Below, one piece after another: positions 36,469 to 49,044 of a stretch of DNA of 64,000 nucleotides. The stretch is from Amoebophrya sp. A120 (taxonomy: Eukaryota; Protista; Dinoflagellata), in NCBI GenBank assembly GCA_905178155.1, contig CAJINV010000004.1, positions 1,302,881 through 1,366,880 on the forward strand, written 5' to 3'. A program made the position numbers and the translations under genes. How positions within the stretch are numbered: position 1 is the stretch's first letter; every line of letters starts with the position of its first letter. The notes under the pieces were generated by a model. That model ran no database searches. It was given only the letters and a program-made list of their open reading frames with translations, and was not told the origin of the DNA.

Positions 36469-37311
36469 GCTGATCCTTGACGAAAACGGTCGGCTTCGTT
36501 CTTATTCGCTTCGCCCGTCCAGCACGTGCGTAGATGAAGTAGAGAGCGCGCGAGGACGCGACGAATGATTTACTCACCCGACGACAGACGACACGCCACA
36601 GGGGTTCTTTTCTCCGAGGTTCTTGTTTTTTCAAATCGCTCAGATCTACTGCTCCGCTTCCTATGGTTGTTGTTCCCTTTTCATGTTACAACAGCTACGG
36701 AAAAAATCCTTATCCGCCTGATCCTTTTTTAATATCTCCGTTTTGCTTATCGCTCTTCTTGCATGTGGCGAAACCACGCCAAGAACCTTCGGCAAGTTTG
36801 AGCAACATTGACATCTTTTCACGACTCGTCAAAAATTTTTGCAGCAGCACTCTCAGAGTAGTCAAAGAGAAACTGCTCGCTGATTTCCAACGACTCTCTC
36901 GATGTGAAAGCGTTTTTAACTGCGCTGTTTTTCATTTTTTTTCTCTCCTTCGAAAAAAAAAAAAGACGACCCCATAGAAGAACAGCTGCAGCGTCAGGTG
37001 GACCGCGAGCATCTCGCTTCAAACGGGAAGAAAGACCCAGCAACGGCACTTTTTTTTTTTCTCGAGAGCAGAACAGTTAGATAGATTGATTCTTTTATCT
37101 TTTTAAAATTACCATGGGACGTCGTACGCTGTTTGTACTTCTTCTACAGATATTGTACACGAAGATTTCTCTTGCCTAAATTATTGGTAAATCCTATATT
37201 GTAAAAAAATTGTGCGAAATAAACCTTCTAAATGCGAAAATAAAGTACTGATGCAAGAAAATTTCTATCTGACTCGGCCGCCGACAACTTCGACGACCTT
37301 TCTCGCTATTG

Positions 37312-40300
37312 TCAGTCGTCGTCGCCGCGCCTATTTTTCTTTCCTTTCGATGACTTTTGGTCTTTCGCGAGCTTTTCGCGGGAAAAGCCCCTTTGCACCT
37401 TATCACTTTCCTTATTCTTATCCCCACCTCCCCCGGACCGCTTGTTAATGTCCCGGGACGCGACGAGGGCGGCAAAGCCGCTCGGGCGCATCGAGGCCCG
37501 GTTGGCCTGGAACTCGGCGCGCGCGGCGTCGGCGAGCATGGAGCCCCGTGGCTGGGTGAAGGGCGTGACTGGCACGTCGGCGTCGGCTCCGGATGCGGTG
37601 AACACGTTGACGATCGCGTGCTTCCCGTACTTGCTGCGGTTGCGCGGGATCGGGTTGTTAATTGGCTTGTCGTCGGGGTCTACATCCTTCTCGCGGTGCT
37701 GCGCCAACAGTATGCAAGAAAAAAACTGTGTAAGTGTAAGTCTGCGATGCAGAAAATGCAAAACAGTTACGCTTGTCATGCTCCACATGCATGGTGGGCT
37801 CGCTTCCTCCGTGTTTTCCCGTCCTATCTGCGCATGACAAGGTTTTCCTGTCATGGCAGACAAACTTGTCATGCTGTTTTCCCAAGAGACCTACACTAAC
37901 ACAGTTTTTTCCTTCGATAAACAGCCCCGCGGACCTACTGGAAGAGGACTTGTTTTTGTCTTTCTTCTTGCTCATGCTGGAGCTCGCCTTCGACTTCGAA
38001 GGAGTATCCTCCTTATCCTTCTTCTTCTTCCGTCGGTCTTCCGAGCTACTGCTGGAACTCCGCTTGCCGCCCTTAGTCATCGCCTGAATCTGCTTCACGC
38101 GCTGATTCAGCTTTTCGCGCTCCTGTTTGTCCCGCTCCGCCTTTTCCTTCGCCCGGTCTTTCTCGCGTCGATCCCGATCGCGGGAGCTAGCCTTATCTTT
38201 TCCCTTACTCCTATTCCTGCCGTCGCTACTGCTGCTACTCGAGGAGCTAGTGACTTGTTTCTTCTTCCGGTTGTCCTTGTTTTCCTTGGACCGTTTGCTC
38301 GCGTCTGTGTCTTTCTCTTTGTCTTTCTTTTTATCCTTCTTGTCCTTGTCGTCGTCGTCGCACGTGCAGAAGACCCCAAGAACCGCGATCAAAACTCCCA
38401 CGGTGATGATGCCCAGCGAGGCGAACAAGAGGCCGTTGTTGCTTCCTTCTTCGTCGCCGCTGCCGTCCTCCGTTTCAGAATTCTATCACGCAGAAAACCA
38501 CACCCATAGTACCAGAGAGAAAAGGTATACTAATATATTTGTGTTGCTATTGAGTTGGGATTGGCACCACGGCAAGTAGCCCTGTAACAAAGCGGAGGTA
38601 CTTAGCACAGGAGAGGTGGCTTTCTGTCACATCGACACAGTGCCATTTCTAATTATCAAACGGTCTAGCGACACTATGGAGCACCAATAGCGAAAAAGAA
38701 CTTTGCCATAATATCAATGCTGAACAGACCACCTTGATGTGCGTGTGAATTGTCATTGTGAACTGCACCTAAAAACCGCAAGACAAATTTGATGCTTTTC
38801 TCCTGGCAATTATTTGGGTTTTACTTTTCTGTGGGATATCGTCTTGTTGCCTTCATCCCCCTCCGCGCTCCCACCACTGTCCCCGGTCGACCCGTCGCCA
38901 CCGGTTTCCCCCTGTGCCGCTGGTGTAGGAGTCGTGGGTCCGGCGTCACCTTCCCCACCCGCGGCGTCCGTGCTTGAGGACGGCGCAGGCGCGGGTGTGG
39001 TACTCCCCGCGTCACCCGCATCCGTGCTGTTGGCGCCGGTCGATGTTGCATCTCCGCTGCTTCCGTCCCCGCCTCCGGGCCCCCCGAGGGACAGTTCTGT
39101 AAACTCCTCCGCGTAGTCTAGACCTGCGTACAGGAAGTGGCCCTCCCACAGCCCGTGCCCCTCCGGGTTGTCCCCCGGAATCACGTAGCCCTTCGGCTGC
39201 TGCCACGAGTCCATCACGCCCGTGACCCCCTTTGACGTGCGCACGCTGCCGTCCGTGTGGCGCACGGGCTCTGCCCGGTCCATGTAGAGCAGCGCCCTAC
39301 ATCCGTTCTTCCGGTGCTCGTGGTAAGCGAAAGCGGTCTCGGCTGCGTTGTGCGGGGCCGAGTTTTCACCCGCGCTTTCACCCGGTTCTACCTTTCCGTA
39401 CACGACAAACAGTTGGGCCTTATACAGCAGATCGTCGGCATTCCCGTCGTATAGCATCACGAGCTTGCAATACTCCTGGAGCCGGTTATAGATGTTGTGC
39501 AGCTCGATCAGGCCTTCAAGATTGTCTGCAGCCAATTCTTTGTCATCTGCCGTGCTGGGAATGCACGTGGATCGCCAACTCGTGGCCTCCGGGTCCTCCC
39601 CCGCGAGCAGGCCCGGATACGCGGGCTTCGTAAAATACATAATGCCACCCCCGTCCGGCGACTGCAGGTCGAGTCGCATCGCTTGTTTCATTGTATCGTA
39701 GGCTGCAGCATTGTTGCTGGCTGTTTCGCACACCGCGCCACTCGTAAACCACTTTCCACCTCCCGGGAGCTCTGCGTCCTTAGCCACGTCCCGTGGGAAG
39801 ACGCGCGGCCGCACGCCCGCAGATGTGCAATCGTTCACCGAAGACGTCATGCACACGCCCGCGAGGTAGCCCTGAATGCGCGCTGCCAGCTCCTCGTGCG
39901 ACAACCACCCGGGCAGCGTCTTGCAACTGGTCTGCGTAATGTTGTACACCAGCGCGTAGTCGTACTCGGGGTTACCCTGGTCCCCCATTGGCTCGAGCCA
40001 TGGGTAGTGGAACATCTGGTCCTCTCCATATGAGGGATCGGGTTTCGCAGCCGTGGCATACATTATGGCGCCGTTTGTCCCGTCATTAGCAACGTCCTTC
40101 CCGTTCGCCCACATAGTACGCCCGAAATCCATCTGCACGCAGCGGAGCACAATGTTCACCAGCGCGGCCTCGGTGATTACGCGGGGCGCCGCGCTTATGG
40201 CAGTTGTCGCCGTGGACAACAGGCTACAATCTCGTTCACAAATTTGGTCACTGCCATCAAACCACGAATCGGCCACGTGTTCTCCGTATTGGGTGACGAG

Positions 40301-42718
40301 CAGCTGCCACCGGCCCAGCAGCGTTGTTCCCTGATGATCATAACCAATCGCATCGTCCGGAGCCCCGTACATCTTGCTCCACTCCCTTCCTACTCCATTG
40401 GGATAAAACACCGAACGCAAGCCGTCATCGTTGCACTGATACGCTTTTCCGCCGTCCCCGTGTGGGGGCGACTTGTGCAGGGAGCTCGCCGCGAGCATGG
40501 AATTGAACGAAAGCGTCGAGCACAACGTTTGCCCGTACTGCTGAATTATGGCCGCCACCGCCTCATTCGACACGTCGAGTTCGTTATTACCTTGAGGCGC
40601 TTGAAAGTAACGCGTCAGCAGCCCCGTCGGCTGTCCCTGGACCGTCTTCGCCGCTGGATTTGAAAACAAGTGCTCCCAGGTCATGTGACGCGGCAGCGTG
40701 TCCCCGAACAACTGCTGAAAGTCGATCGAACCACCATCTTCAACGGACAACCACGAGGCCACCTCGTGGTTTGATGCTGCTCTTCTTCCCCCCAAGTGCT
40801 GGTTGTGTCGCTCCACCACTGAGAGACTCTGGTGCAGCTCTGCTATTTTTCCGGCTGTTCTATTTGTCGACGTGAAAGTGTTGTTCTTAGGTATTTTCAA
40901 CATCACCCCATTTCTGCTGGTTCCCATTTCGAAGACTGAATCCTTTTGAGGGTCTTGACCTTGAGGATGGCCGAGAAACCTATAATTTTTGTGTCTCCTA
41001 CTCTCCGCTTGTTTCTCCACTACCGATATTACGCTTGCAGGACGGCGTGATGCTAGTATTCCAGCAACATATCCGCCTTCTCCTGGGCGCTGCACAAGGT
41101 CGACTGAAGATACACCTTCATCTACTGCCTCTGACATGAAGGGCACCGCTGCACGACTAGCATCTTCAGGTTGATCCCCTGGAACGAGTAGTGGAGCCTG
41201 TTCATCAACATCCTCGTGGCCCTGGTGCAGTTGCTTTGCTATCGCTCGTGTTGTCCCGTGCGGTTTTCTTTCCGGCGGTCTTTTTGGTGGAACAAGAGCA
41301 GGAGGTCGTAGAGCTTGTCCTCCTGCTTGTTCCACCTTTATTTCTGGCCGTAGTACACTTCGTCGAGTAGTTCTTGTTCTTTTCACTTCCAGCACAGCAG
41401 AAGCAGAAGAAGAAGTGCCGTCGGGTGGTCCTTCTCCCTCCGACGGCCCAGGCACGACGAACCGCTGCATCGTAGAAATAACATCTCCCTGCTGTAGTTC
41501 TTCTTGCCCTATATTAGAAGTAGTACCCCGCGCCGGCCGCTGTCGGTCGTGCGTGAGGTGAGCAGACGTTGAGATGAACTCAGTCGTACTTCCGGGGGGC
41601 TGCAGGTCGTGTTGATGTTCTACTACCTCCTGCTGTGACGGAGGATGAGCATCATGTTGGCTCGTCCGTGGATAAAACTTTCCATCTGGCGGCTCCGGCG
41701 CCACGCTGCCCGGTGGAGGGGGCTCTCCAGGTAGTTGTACTGGTGGTATTTTACCACTTGTCGGACTACTATTTCTCCTACTCTCAAGAACAGCGGAAGA
41801 CGTAGCTGTACTAGACCTTCTTGCTGCGAGGGCAGTGGACGTCGTCGAACTTGTGGCCAACATCGAAGATGAAGGACCACTAGCGTGGTCTTTGTTGTCC
41901 AGCTTTGTTGACGATATTTTGTCATGCTGCTGCTGGTCGTGGTCCACACTGATGTTGTAGTTGTCCGCGTGGTCTACCTTCTTCCTCATAATCGACGCAG
42001 TCCTTTTCCCGAGTATTTTGTTCTCCCGGCCTTTTTTCCTCCGCCCCACCGTTCGGAACTCGAGACCAGAGACGAGAACTCCCTTGAATACGGGGTGTGG
42101 AGGGTGACCTTGTTCAACTAGACTCGGGTCGTGATGTTCTCGTAGCACGAAGAACAACGGCAATAGGAGAACTGCGACAAGCTCGGAAACACGAGAGCAC
42201 CTTCCAGAGGTGAAGAACCTCGTGGAACAAGGTGTGAACCTCGTGGAAGGTGTTCTAGAAGTAGTTGCGGAACAGCTTCTAAGCAGGCGGAGCAGCATAG
42301 CGGCGAGAGTGGGAAATGAAACCCACCAACCACACTGCAAGGCTTTTCTACTATCGTTCTCTACTGCGAGGCCACGCTCGAGGTGTGGTGCTGGAGGAGA
42401 GGCTTGTTGTGACTTCGATGAAGGCCTCGATGTCCTCGCTGCCTGCTGCGACGTGTTCCTGCAACCCGCAACTTTTATTCTCCTGCAAGTTGTAGAACTC
42501 GGAGCCCTTGCCCTTCTTCTCGTATGTGGACGCCTGTAGCTTTCCTTCCAGCGCCTTCTCTCCTGCAGCTCCTCGCTTCTAGCGAGAAGACCGTTGCTTC
42601 TATCGCCAGGCCTCTGCATCATCTCGCAGGAGCAGCTACTTCGTCCCATCAGGCCAGATGGTGTCGCAGTTCTTCGCCGTGCTTTTTCTCGCAAAACAAT
42701 TTTTGGAACTTCTAACAT
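37312..42718 (-). CDS. Large predicted single-pass membrane/surface protein: Cys-containing ectodomain, G/S/T/P/A linker, TM helix, K/D/R/S-rich tail
   Basis: The 1302-aa ORF joins in frame to LLFASLGIITVGVLIAVLGVFC via introner 38484-38838, then to the last exon via introner 37711-37919. True start uncertain. Confidence 0.75.
37711..37919. mobile_element. Introner, TIR family F
   Basis: IR TAT..AAG.AAAAAACTGTGT.AGTGTA.GTCT; direct repeat AACAG; join gives SAGL|LAQHREK. Confidence 0.9.
38484..38838. mobile_element. Degenerate introner
   Basis: Short IR TATC.C.CAGAAAA; flanks AATTC/TCGTC share only 2 nt; element+5 removal is in frame. Confidence 0.6.
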
Positions 42719-44120
42719 CGGCTGTTCCGCGCGGCTGAACTTTACAGGAGGGCTGCGGCTGGCACGACAGCGGGCTGCGATACTACTTTTTCTTGTGAAA
42801 TTATATCACGTTAAGTCGCGTTTGCAGATCCTGATCGGCCACAATAATAGCAGAGGAGTAAATGTTTCATTTTCATTTTGGGATAAGATTTAATTTTTCT
42901 AAAAATGATGATTGAAGGGGGATAATGCTAATGCTTGTGAAAAGTGGTTGTAAATTCGTCGTGCCTTAATTTCATCAATCCGGAGGCCCACGACCATAGC
43001 TATGGTTGGTGTAAAAATTATTGTCGCATGCCGTTAGAAATAACGCTGACACGAGCCCCATAGTGGCCGGATTATTTTGTTGTAAAGGCTTCATGTGGTG
43101 GGGTTAATTTACAAACATACTACAGGGTTAATTTCTGACGCACGACAATGCTATGGGGTTCATTTTGTCGGCTAGTGTAGTTGTGTTTCATGATGTCATG
43201 GGGGGTGACTAGATAGCTGGGGAAGGGGGCGAGCATAAAGCCCTGCGATTTTTTTGGCGAGGAAAATTGGAAAGGGCATACATAAGTAGTCGGCAGTTGT
43301 AGAATCACAAGCTAGCAAAAGAAATGCACGAGCTACAACGGAGAGTTACGAAGTGGTGGTGTGAACGAAAGCGATGAGGCTGCACGAAAAGTCCGAGTTG
43401 CAGTTCTGAAACGAACAGACGCAATGACCGATAGAAATTCTACTGTTGGACGCGAAAAATGAGACAAAAAACCACGACAAAGGCGAAGCATTCCACAGGC
43501 AGAAATTTTTCACCGACGAAAACCACGCACGAGCGAAACCGACACTTGTTCCTCTTGTACGATGACAACGAGCAAAATCAAAGCGAACTACCGACAGAGT
43601 TGCTCTACTTTCTGCAGCTCAAGTGTACAACCGAGTTTCTGACTCATGTCGACAACGCAGCAACAGAGACAGCAATAGCACGAGAACGAAGCACGAATTG
43701 TACGCCTTTGAATTCGTTCTGGGTCTTTGAGATTCGATGCTGAGTTAAAAAAACGAACAACCTAGTCAACATCTTGCTGCAAGTCATAGCAAGAGGTTTT
43801 GCCTTCAATTTTTTTCGCGGAGTTTGAACTGCTCTAATCTCGATGGCGCGCGAAGATCACGTAGAAATAATTCTGAAACAAACCACAGGCACAGACGCAG
43901 TTGAGTTGTGCTTGTGCCTCTTGTCGTGCATTATGTTCGTTGCTTGCCTTTTCGAAGTACTCGCGTGACGAAGATCATTATGCACGACGGACATCTATTT
44001 CTACCTTCCGCATACAGCATAAACTCTTCTCCAAGCTTCTTTGCGAGAAGCTGCTCAGCGAGATCCTTTCTCGAAGATCAAAATTCCTGTTCGTGGCAGC
44101 GGAAATTCATCTTGTAGCAA

Positions 44121-47100
44121 TCACAGATCCAGACAGAACAACTCGCACAGGTTCCTCCCCCGGTTTTCGAAGGCGCTCACCCGGTAGGAATCCCCGACGA
44201 GCGAATTCTGTCCACTGCCGCCGCCCGCTTCCATGGTCCTCTCAGCCAGTTTCGCCGTCTGCTGCTCCACAATGTTCTTCACGAACGGCAGCATGTGGCG
44301 GATTTGCTTCTGCTGCTTCTGCTTCTTCTGCATGAACTTCTGCAACGTGAGCAAATCTTCCCGGTCGATCGGGCTGAAGTACGCAAACTCAATGAACTTC
44401 GCGTCCAGCAACAGCTCCAGCATTTTGGCGCTCTTCTCGATCGAGGGAATAGTGCCCAGAAAGTGCCGCACACTGCCCGTGGCCGTCACTGCTGGGACCA
44501 TGTCGATTTTATTTTCGCCGGCGCTTTTGTTTTTTTCATCTTGAAGATGTTCCTCGTTGGAAGTTGTACTGGATCCCGGCGCGGCCCCTTCGGCTCCTCC
44601 TGCTGCTGCAGCTCCTTGTTGTGCACGAGAAGAGGTAATACTATTGCCAGAAGTACAACCAACAACGCCACTCCCGCCCACTTTCTTGGGCACAAGCAAG
44701 AGCTCGTGGTATTTCAGGTAACTGATCAGCGTTTTCAGCCACACTTTCGCGACCTCCGCGGAGAGCTGCGTTCGCAGGCTTTGGATCAAATTGTCGGCGT
44801 TATAGACGTAGGTTTCCACGAATTTTGGAAACAACTTTTTGTTTTTCAACACGATTTCCACAGCTTTTCTCTCCGCGATTCGGCGGCTCCCCTTGTTGAA
44901 GAGATTTTTCGTGAGCAAAAGGACTTCCTGCTCCGTGGTCAACTTCCTCCGCTTTTTCAACTCTGGGTTAACATCGGCGGGTCGTCGCGCCTGTGATAGT
45001 CATTTCCAAGAATCGGATATTGAAAATTTCGACGTAATCAATGCACGCATATACTGACTTAGATTTTGATTTTTCAACACCTCAGAATAGAGAAAAGGCC
45101 CGAACAACAACTTTCGAAACTATGAAAAAACAACTCTCTAGTACCTCCGCTGCTCCACCCTCCGAACAAGACACTGGTCTTTTCATCCCCGAAGTAGCTC
45201 CTGCAGAAGAACTCCCCGTCGCCCGTCCAATCAGCGCGCTGAGCAACCCGCAGCTCTGCAGAGAAGGCACTGCGGAGGTCGTGGCGTGTAAGGCGGACAA
45301 AGAGGACGAGCCGTCGACGTTGGCAACCAGTTGGAAGAGTCGTCGACTTGTAGTTGTTGTTGTGGCCGAAGAGGATGATAACGCGTCTTCAGCGAGCAGA
45401 AGGATGCAGTCTGCAGAGTGCATCACCGCGGTAAAGTTCATCTTGTTCGATGAATCAAGAATGCTGCTGCTGCTGCGCCACATGCACAGCCCCTGTACCG
45501 CGGGGTTGCGGACGCAGATTTCGACTGGGAGGTGGTGCTGAGGATGTTCGTCCACGACCTGCAGATCTACATCCTGACTGGGAGGTCGTGGGCTGCTCGT
45601 TGTTGTCGACGTAGGAACAGCTGCTGTTTCGACGACTCCGTTTGAGGACGCAATGATCTCCACAAGCAAGTTTTGAGAAGCAGCTGCTTGTTCTGGTGTC
45701 GCTGCTCTCAATAAAGACTTGTTGTTCACAGCGAACGGGGCGAAGAGGACCTTTCTGCTTGAACCTGTTGCTTCTGCACTCTCAGAAACCGTCAGTTGCT
45801 GCACCGAGATCATCTTTCTTGGTGTCACGCTGGCGTGACGCAGACCTTGCGTCGTCCTTGCACTGGAATTCGTACTGCAGCTCGAGTCGGCCCGCACTAA
45901 ATACGCTGGCCTCGTCGTCGTCGTCGTTTTTCTGTCCGCAGCTATGATCTTTTTCATAGCTGTCTTGTCTGCAGTTGTTCCGCTCTTTCCGTCTTTCTCG
46001 TTTGATATTCCGTTTACTAATGATCTCCTCTGCTCGTCCTCTGCTGCGGCAAAGCACAAAGAACCCCGAGAAGTACCAGCTCCTGCACAAGTAGAACTAC
46101 CGCCTAAACGACTGTGTTCCTGGAACAGCAGCTCGGAAGTGCTGCAGTTTTCCGGCAGGCGTTTCTCCTCCAGCAACACCGCTTTTCCAGTCGAAAAGTC
46201 CACGGAAACACAAAAAGCGGTGTGGCGGGCGACCGTGAGAATTGTCGCTGTAGTGGACAAGGAGCCTAGTCCACTTGTGGTAGAAGCATTCTCGTCCTCC
46301 GCATAGTTGTAATTCAGTGTAGAGAGGAACAGCCTGGTGGAAGATACTAATTCATCGCTGCTCTCTTGCTCCTGCTGTTCAACATCCGCTTCTATGGAGC
46401 CCTCGCCCCACATCAGCTCCCGCAGGCAGCACTTCCTGCAGGCGGCGGTGGGAAGATTATCGTCACCGCCTGAACTCGCAAGAACGTCATCCGCACGCAT
46501 AAGACTGCCGCTGGAAGTCGTGGTGGAAACGATGTCCTCACTAGAAGGAGTGGACGTCGTCGTCGAGAAGTAGACCACGGAATTCAAATCGTACAGGTTG
46601 AAATCTTGCGTCAGAAGTAAACTGCCATCCATCGCCGCGAAGGTTCCCGTTAAAGCCGTCCTTTTCACCTCGAGCACTTGGGAAAAGTTGCTGCGAAGCA
46701 GGAGGTGGACCACGGTCCGGGCATTTTCCAGGAGGTGCAGCTGTTTTTTGTTTATTTCGAAGTGGTTTTTTTTGAAGTCAACAGCCGATTTTTATGGACA
46801 GAGTGCGACTTGTTTTAGGCCGTGAAGCACGCATGCATCAAAACGGGTAAAACAAAGATTAAAAGCCCAAAAAGTTGTAGCAGGCAGCGCAGAAAGGAAT
46901 CGTCCAGACACAATTTCAATTATATCAAACTCTACTATACAAAAGTTTACCTGAATCCCGGCTTTTTTCGACTGGTTCACTGGCGAGCAGTACAGAATGC
47001 GTTGACACGGCTGCAAATACGGCAGTGTAGTAATGCCGAGATGTTGACCACTTCCGGCTGCCTGTCCTCCACTCTGGCGCACGACACCAGCAGCTTCCTT

Positions 47101-47271
47101 TGCGTCGAAAAACACCAGTTTCTGGTCCGCATACCAGACAAATTTTGTGGTTGACGTCCCCGCCAACACCGCATAGGAGCCTGCTGCTGCTGGGAGGGGC
47201 ACGGCTTGTTCTCCCGCGTCGGCGTTGCCCTCAGCAGAGTTGCTGACAATTAGCTCGCGGAGGGTAAACAT
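44121..47271 (-). CDS. Probable single spliced gene; C-terminus resembles NOL11/Utp8-type SSU processome proteins
   Basis: Three consecutive minus-strand ORFs (46792-47271, 45082-46713, 44121-44960) with plausible intervening introns. IPSIEKSAKMLELLLDAKF resembles the P..e....l.lllDA.F motif I associate with NOL11/Utp8. Confidence 0.5.
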
Positions 47272-49044
47272 GGTGGAGAATTAATATTCTTTCAACGACT
47301 ACTAGGGAAAGCGATGCCAACGTGGTCCTTTGAATTTCGAAGTGTCGATTCTCGTTAATTTCTAGCGCAACGCCGACGGTATGGACGAGAAGTACAAGAG
47401 CGCGCGTTTGTGCAGAAGTAAAAATAAATGTGTACCGTGTATTTCCTCGATAAGCGAATCAATACTGCCTAGTTCCGTGCAACAACATCATGACTTCTCA
47501 CTGCAGAAGAGGGGAAAATGTAAGCAAAACCTTCAAGCTAGTAGATTTCAGGGAACGCCAACAAATGGATCGACTTCTTCTTCTTGAAACATTTGCATAC
47601 TGCAACTACCCGGAGCCAACAGTAATTCTTACAATTTAGAATTCTTCCGCGAGGAAATGTAGTATTCCTCTTCTAATTCAACACAGATCTGCCAAACATA
47701 GACTCCTTCTCTTTTCACAGTTCTGGAAGGGTATAAATTATGTTGCCTCTGCAACTCGATCTGTCATTGGATCTTTCTCTTTGATCATTGCAGTTCGCGA
47801 GTACTTCTGATCTATCATGATGCGCCGCACCAAAGCTGCTGCTTCTCCAATTTATTATTTGTGCACGGATCAACATTTTTTCTGGATCGCTTTTGCATAT
47901 GCATCCGATCCCCATCAGAGTGAAGGAAGCGCAGCACTGGAAAAATCATCTTTCAGAACAGGGAGGACCTACTATGATTTGCTACACGCTCGTTTGCGTT
48001 TCCATGTAGTGTGGAGGATCATGTGTACAACTACCGTAGTTCGAAAATAATCCCATGACATGCACTGTGCATCTGTTGGGGGACAACGGAAGGTGGTGGT
48101 CCAACAATTTTGCACAAGGCTTGTACTACTTCTAGAGGTGGGGACAGGCGGCTCTGGATAAAACCGACCTAGGGGACAGGCACAGGTGCTTCTAGGAGTA
48201 TAATTATGCAACAAGTTCTGCAAAAAAAGATTTGCGGAGGTTGCGAGGTAGGGTAGACGGTTTTTGTAAATTGCTATGGTACTACAGCTACGTCGACGAA
48301 AAAGACAAATTTGCAGTTTCGTAAACTCCAAACTTCATACACAGAAGGGCGCTCTCCTATCTTCCGTGCACGATGTTCGGAAGTTGCTGAAACTGAGGAA
48401 AATTAATGTCATGCCGATGTCTTCACGTTGCGATTAGGACCACAGGGATACTAGCATGTCGCCCTCTTCTTGTTCATATGTGCAGGAGTATGCAGCGGCG
48501 TCGCCTCTGCAACGATTCACATCAGGCATTCTTGTTGTACCTATAGCTACAAAAATTTTATCGAGCGAAACGTGAGAAGGGGCAAAACTTCCACGCGACG
48601 AACGATCGTGTTTCTGGAGCAATAGAGGTCGAGTGTAGTGCATCGATTTTTGTTGTGTGGCAACTATTTCGGGCGGTGGTACTTCTGGATAGAACTGTTA
48701 GTGTAAGAATTGAAGTGTACAAGAAAGAAGAAAAATTTGTGTTAGAATTATAGGAAAACAGAATGACATTGTGAAATTGAAATTGGACAAATAAAATGTA
48801 CAGGTTTATTGTTACTCGAAGGATATTGTGACTTTATCATATACTTTGTTCTGCTACCGTAAAAAACGTATATTCTCTTCCTCGCAGAAAAATTTTGTCT
48901 GATTTGCAAATTGGTAAAAATGGTTTTCTCGCTGCTTAATATAAATAATTTCCCGGATGTTGAATATTACTGATTGTGACAAGTCCTGCTCGTGACAAGC
49001 ACCAATCACTGTAACAATCCTTCTAAGCTATGCTTACCCCCTGC

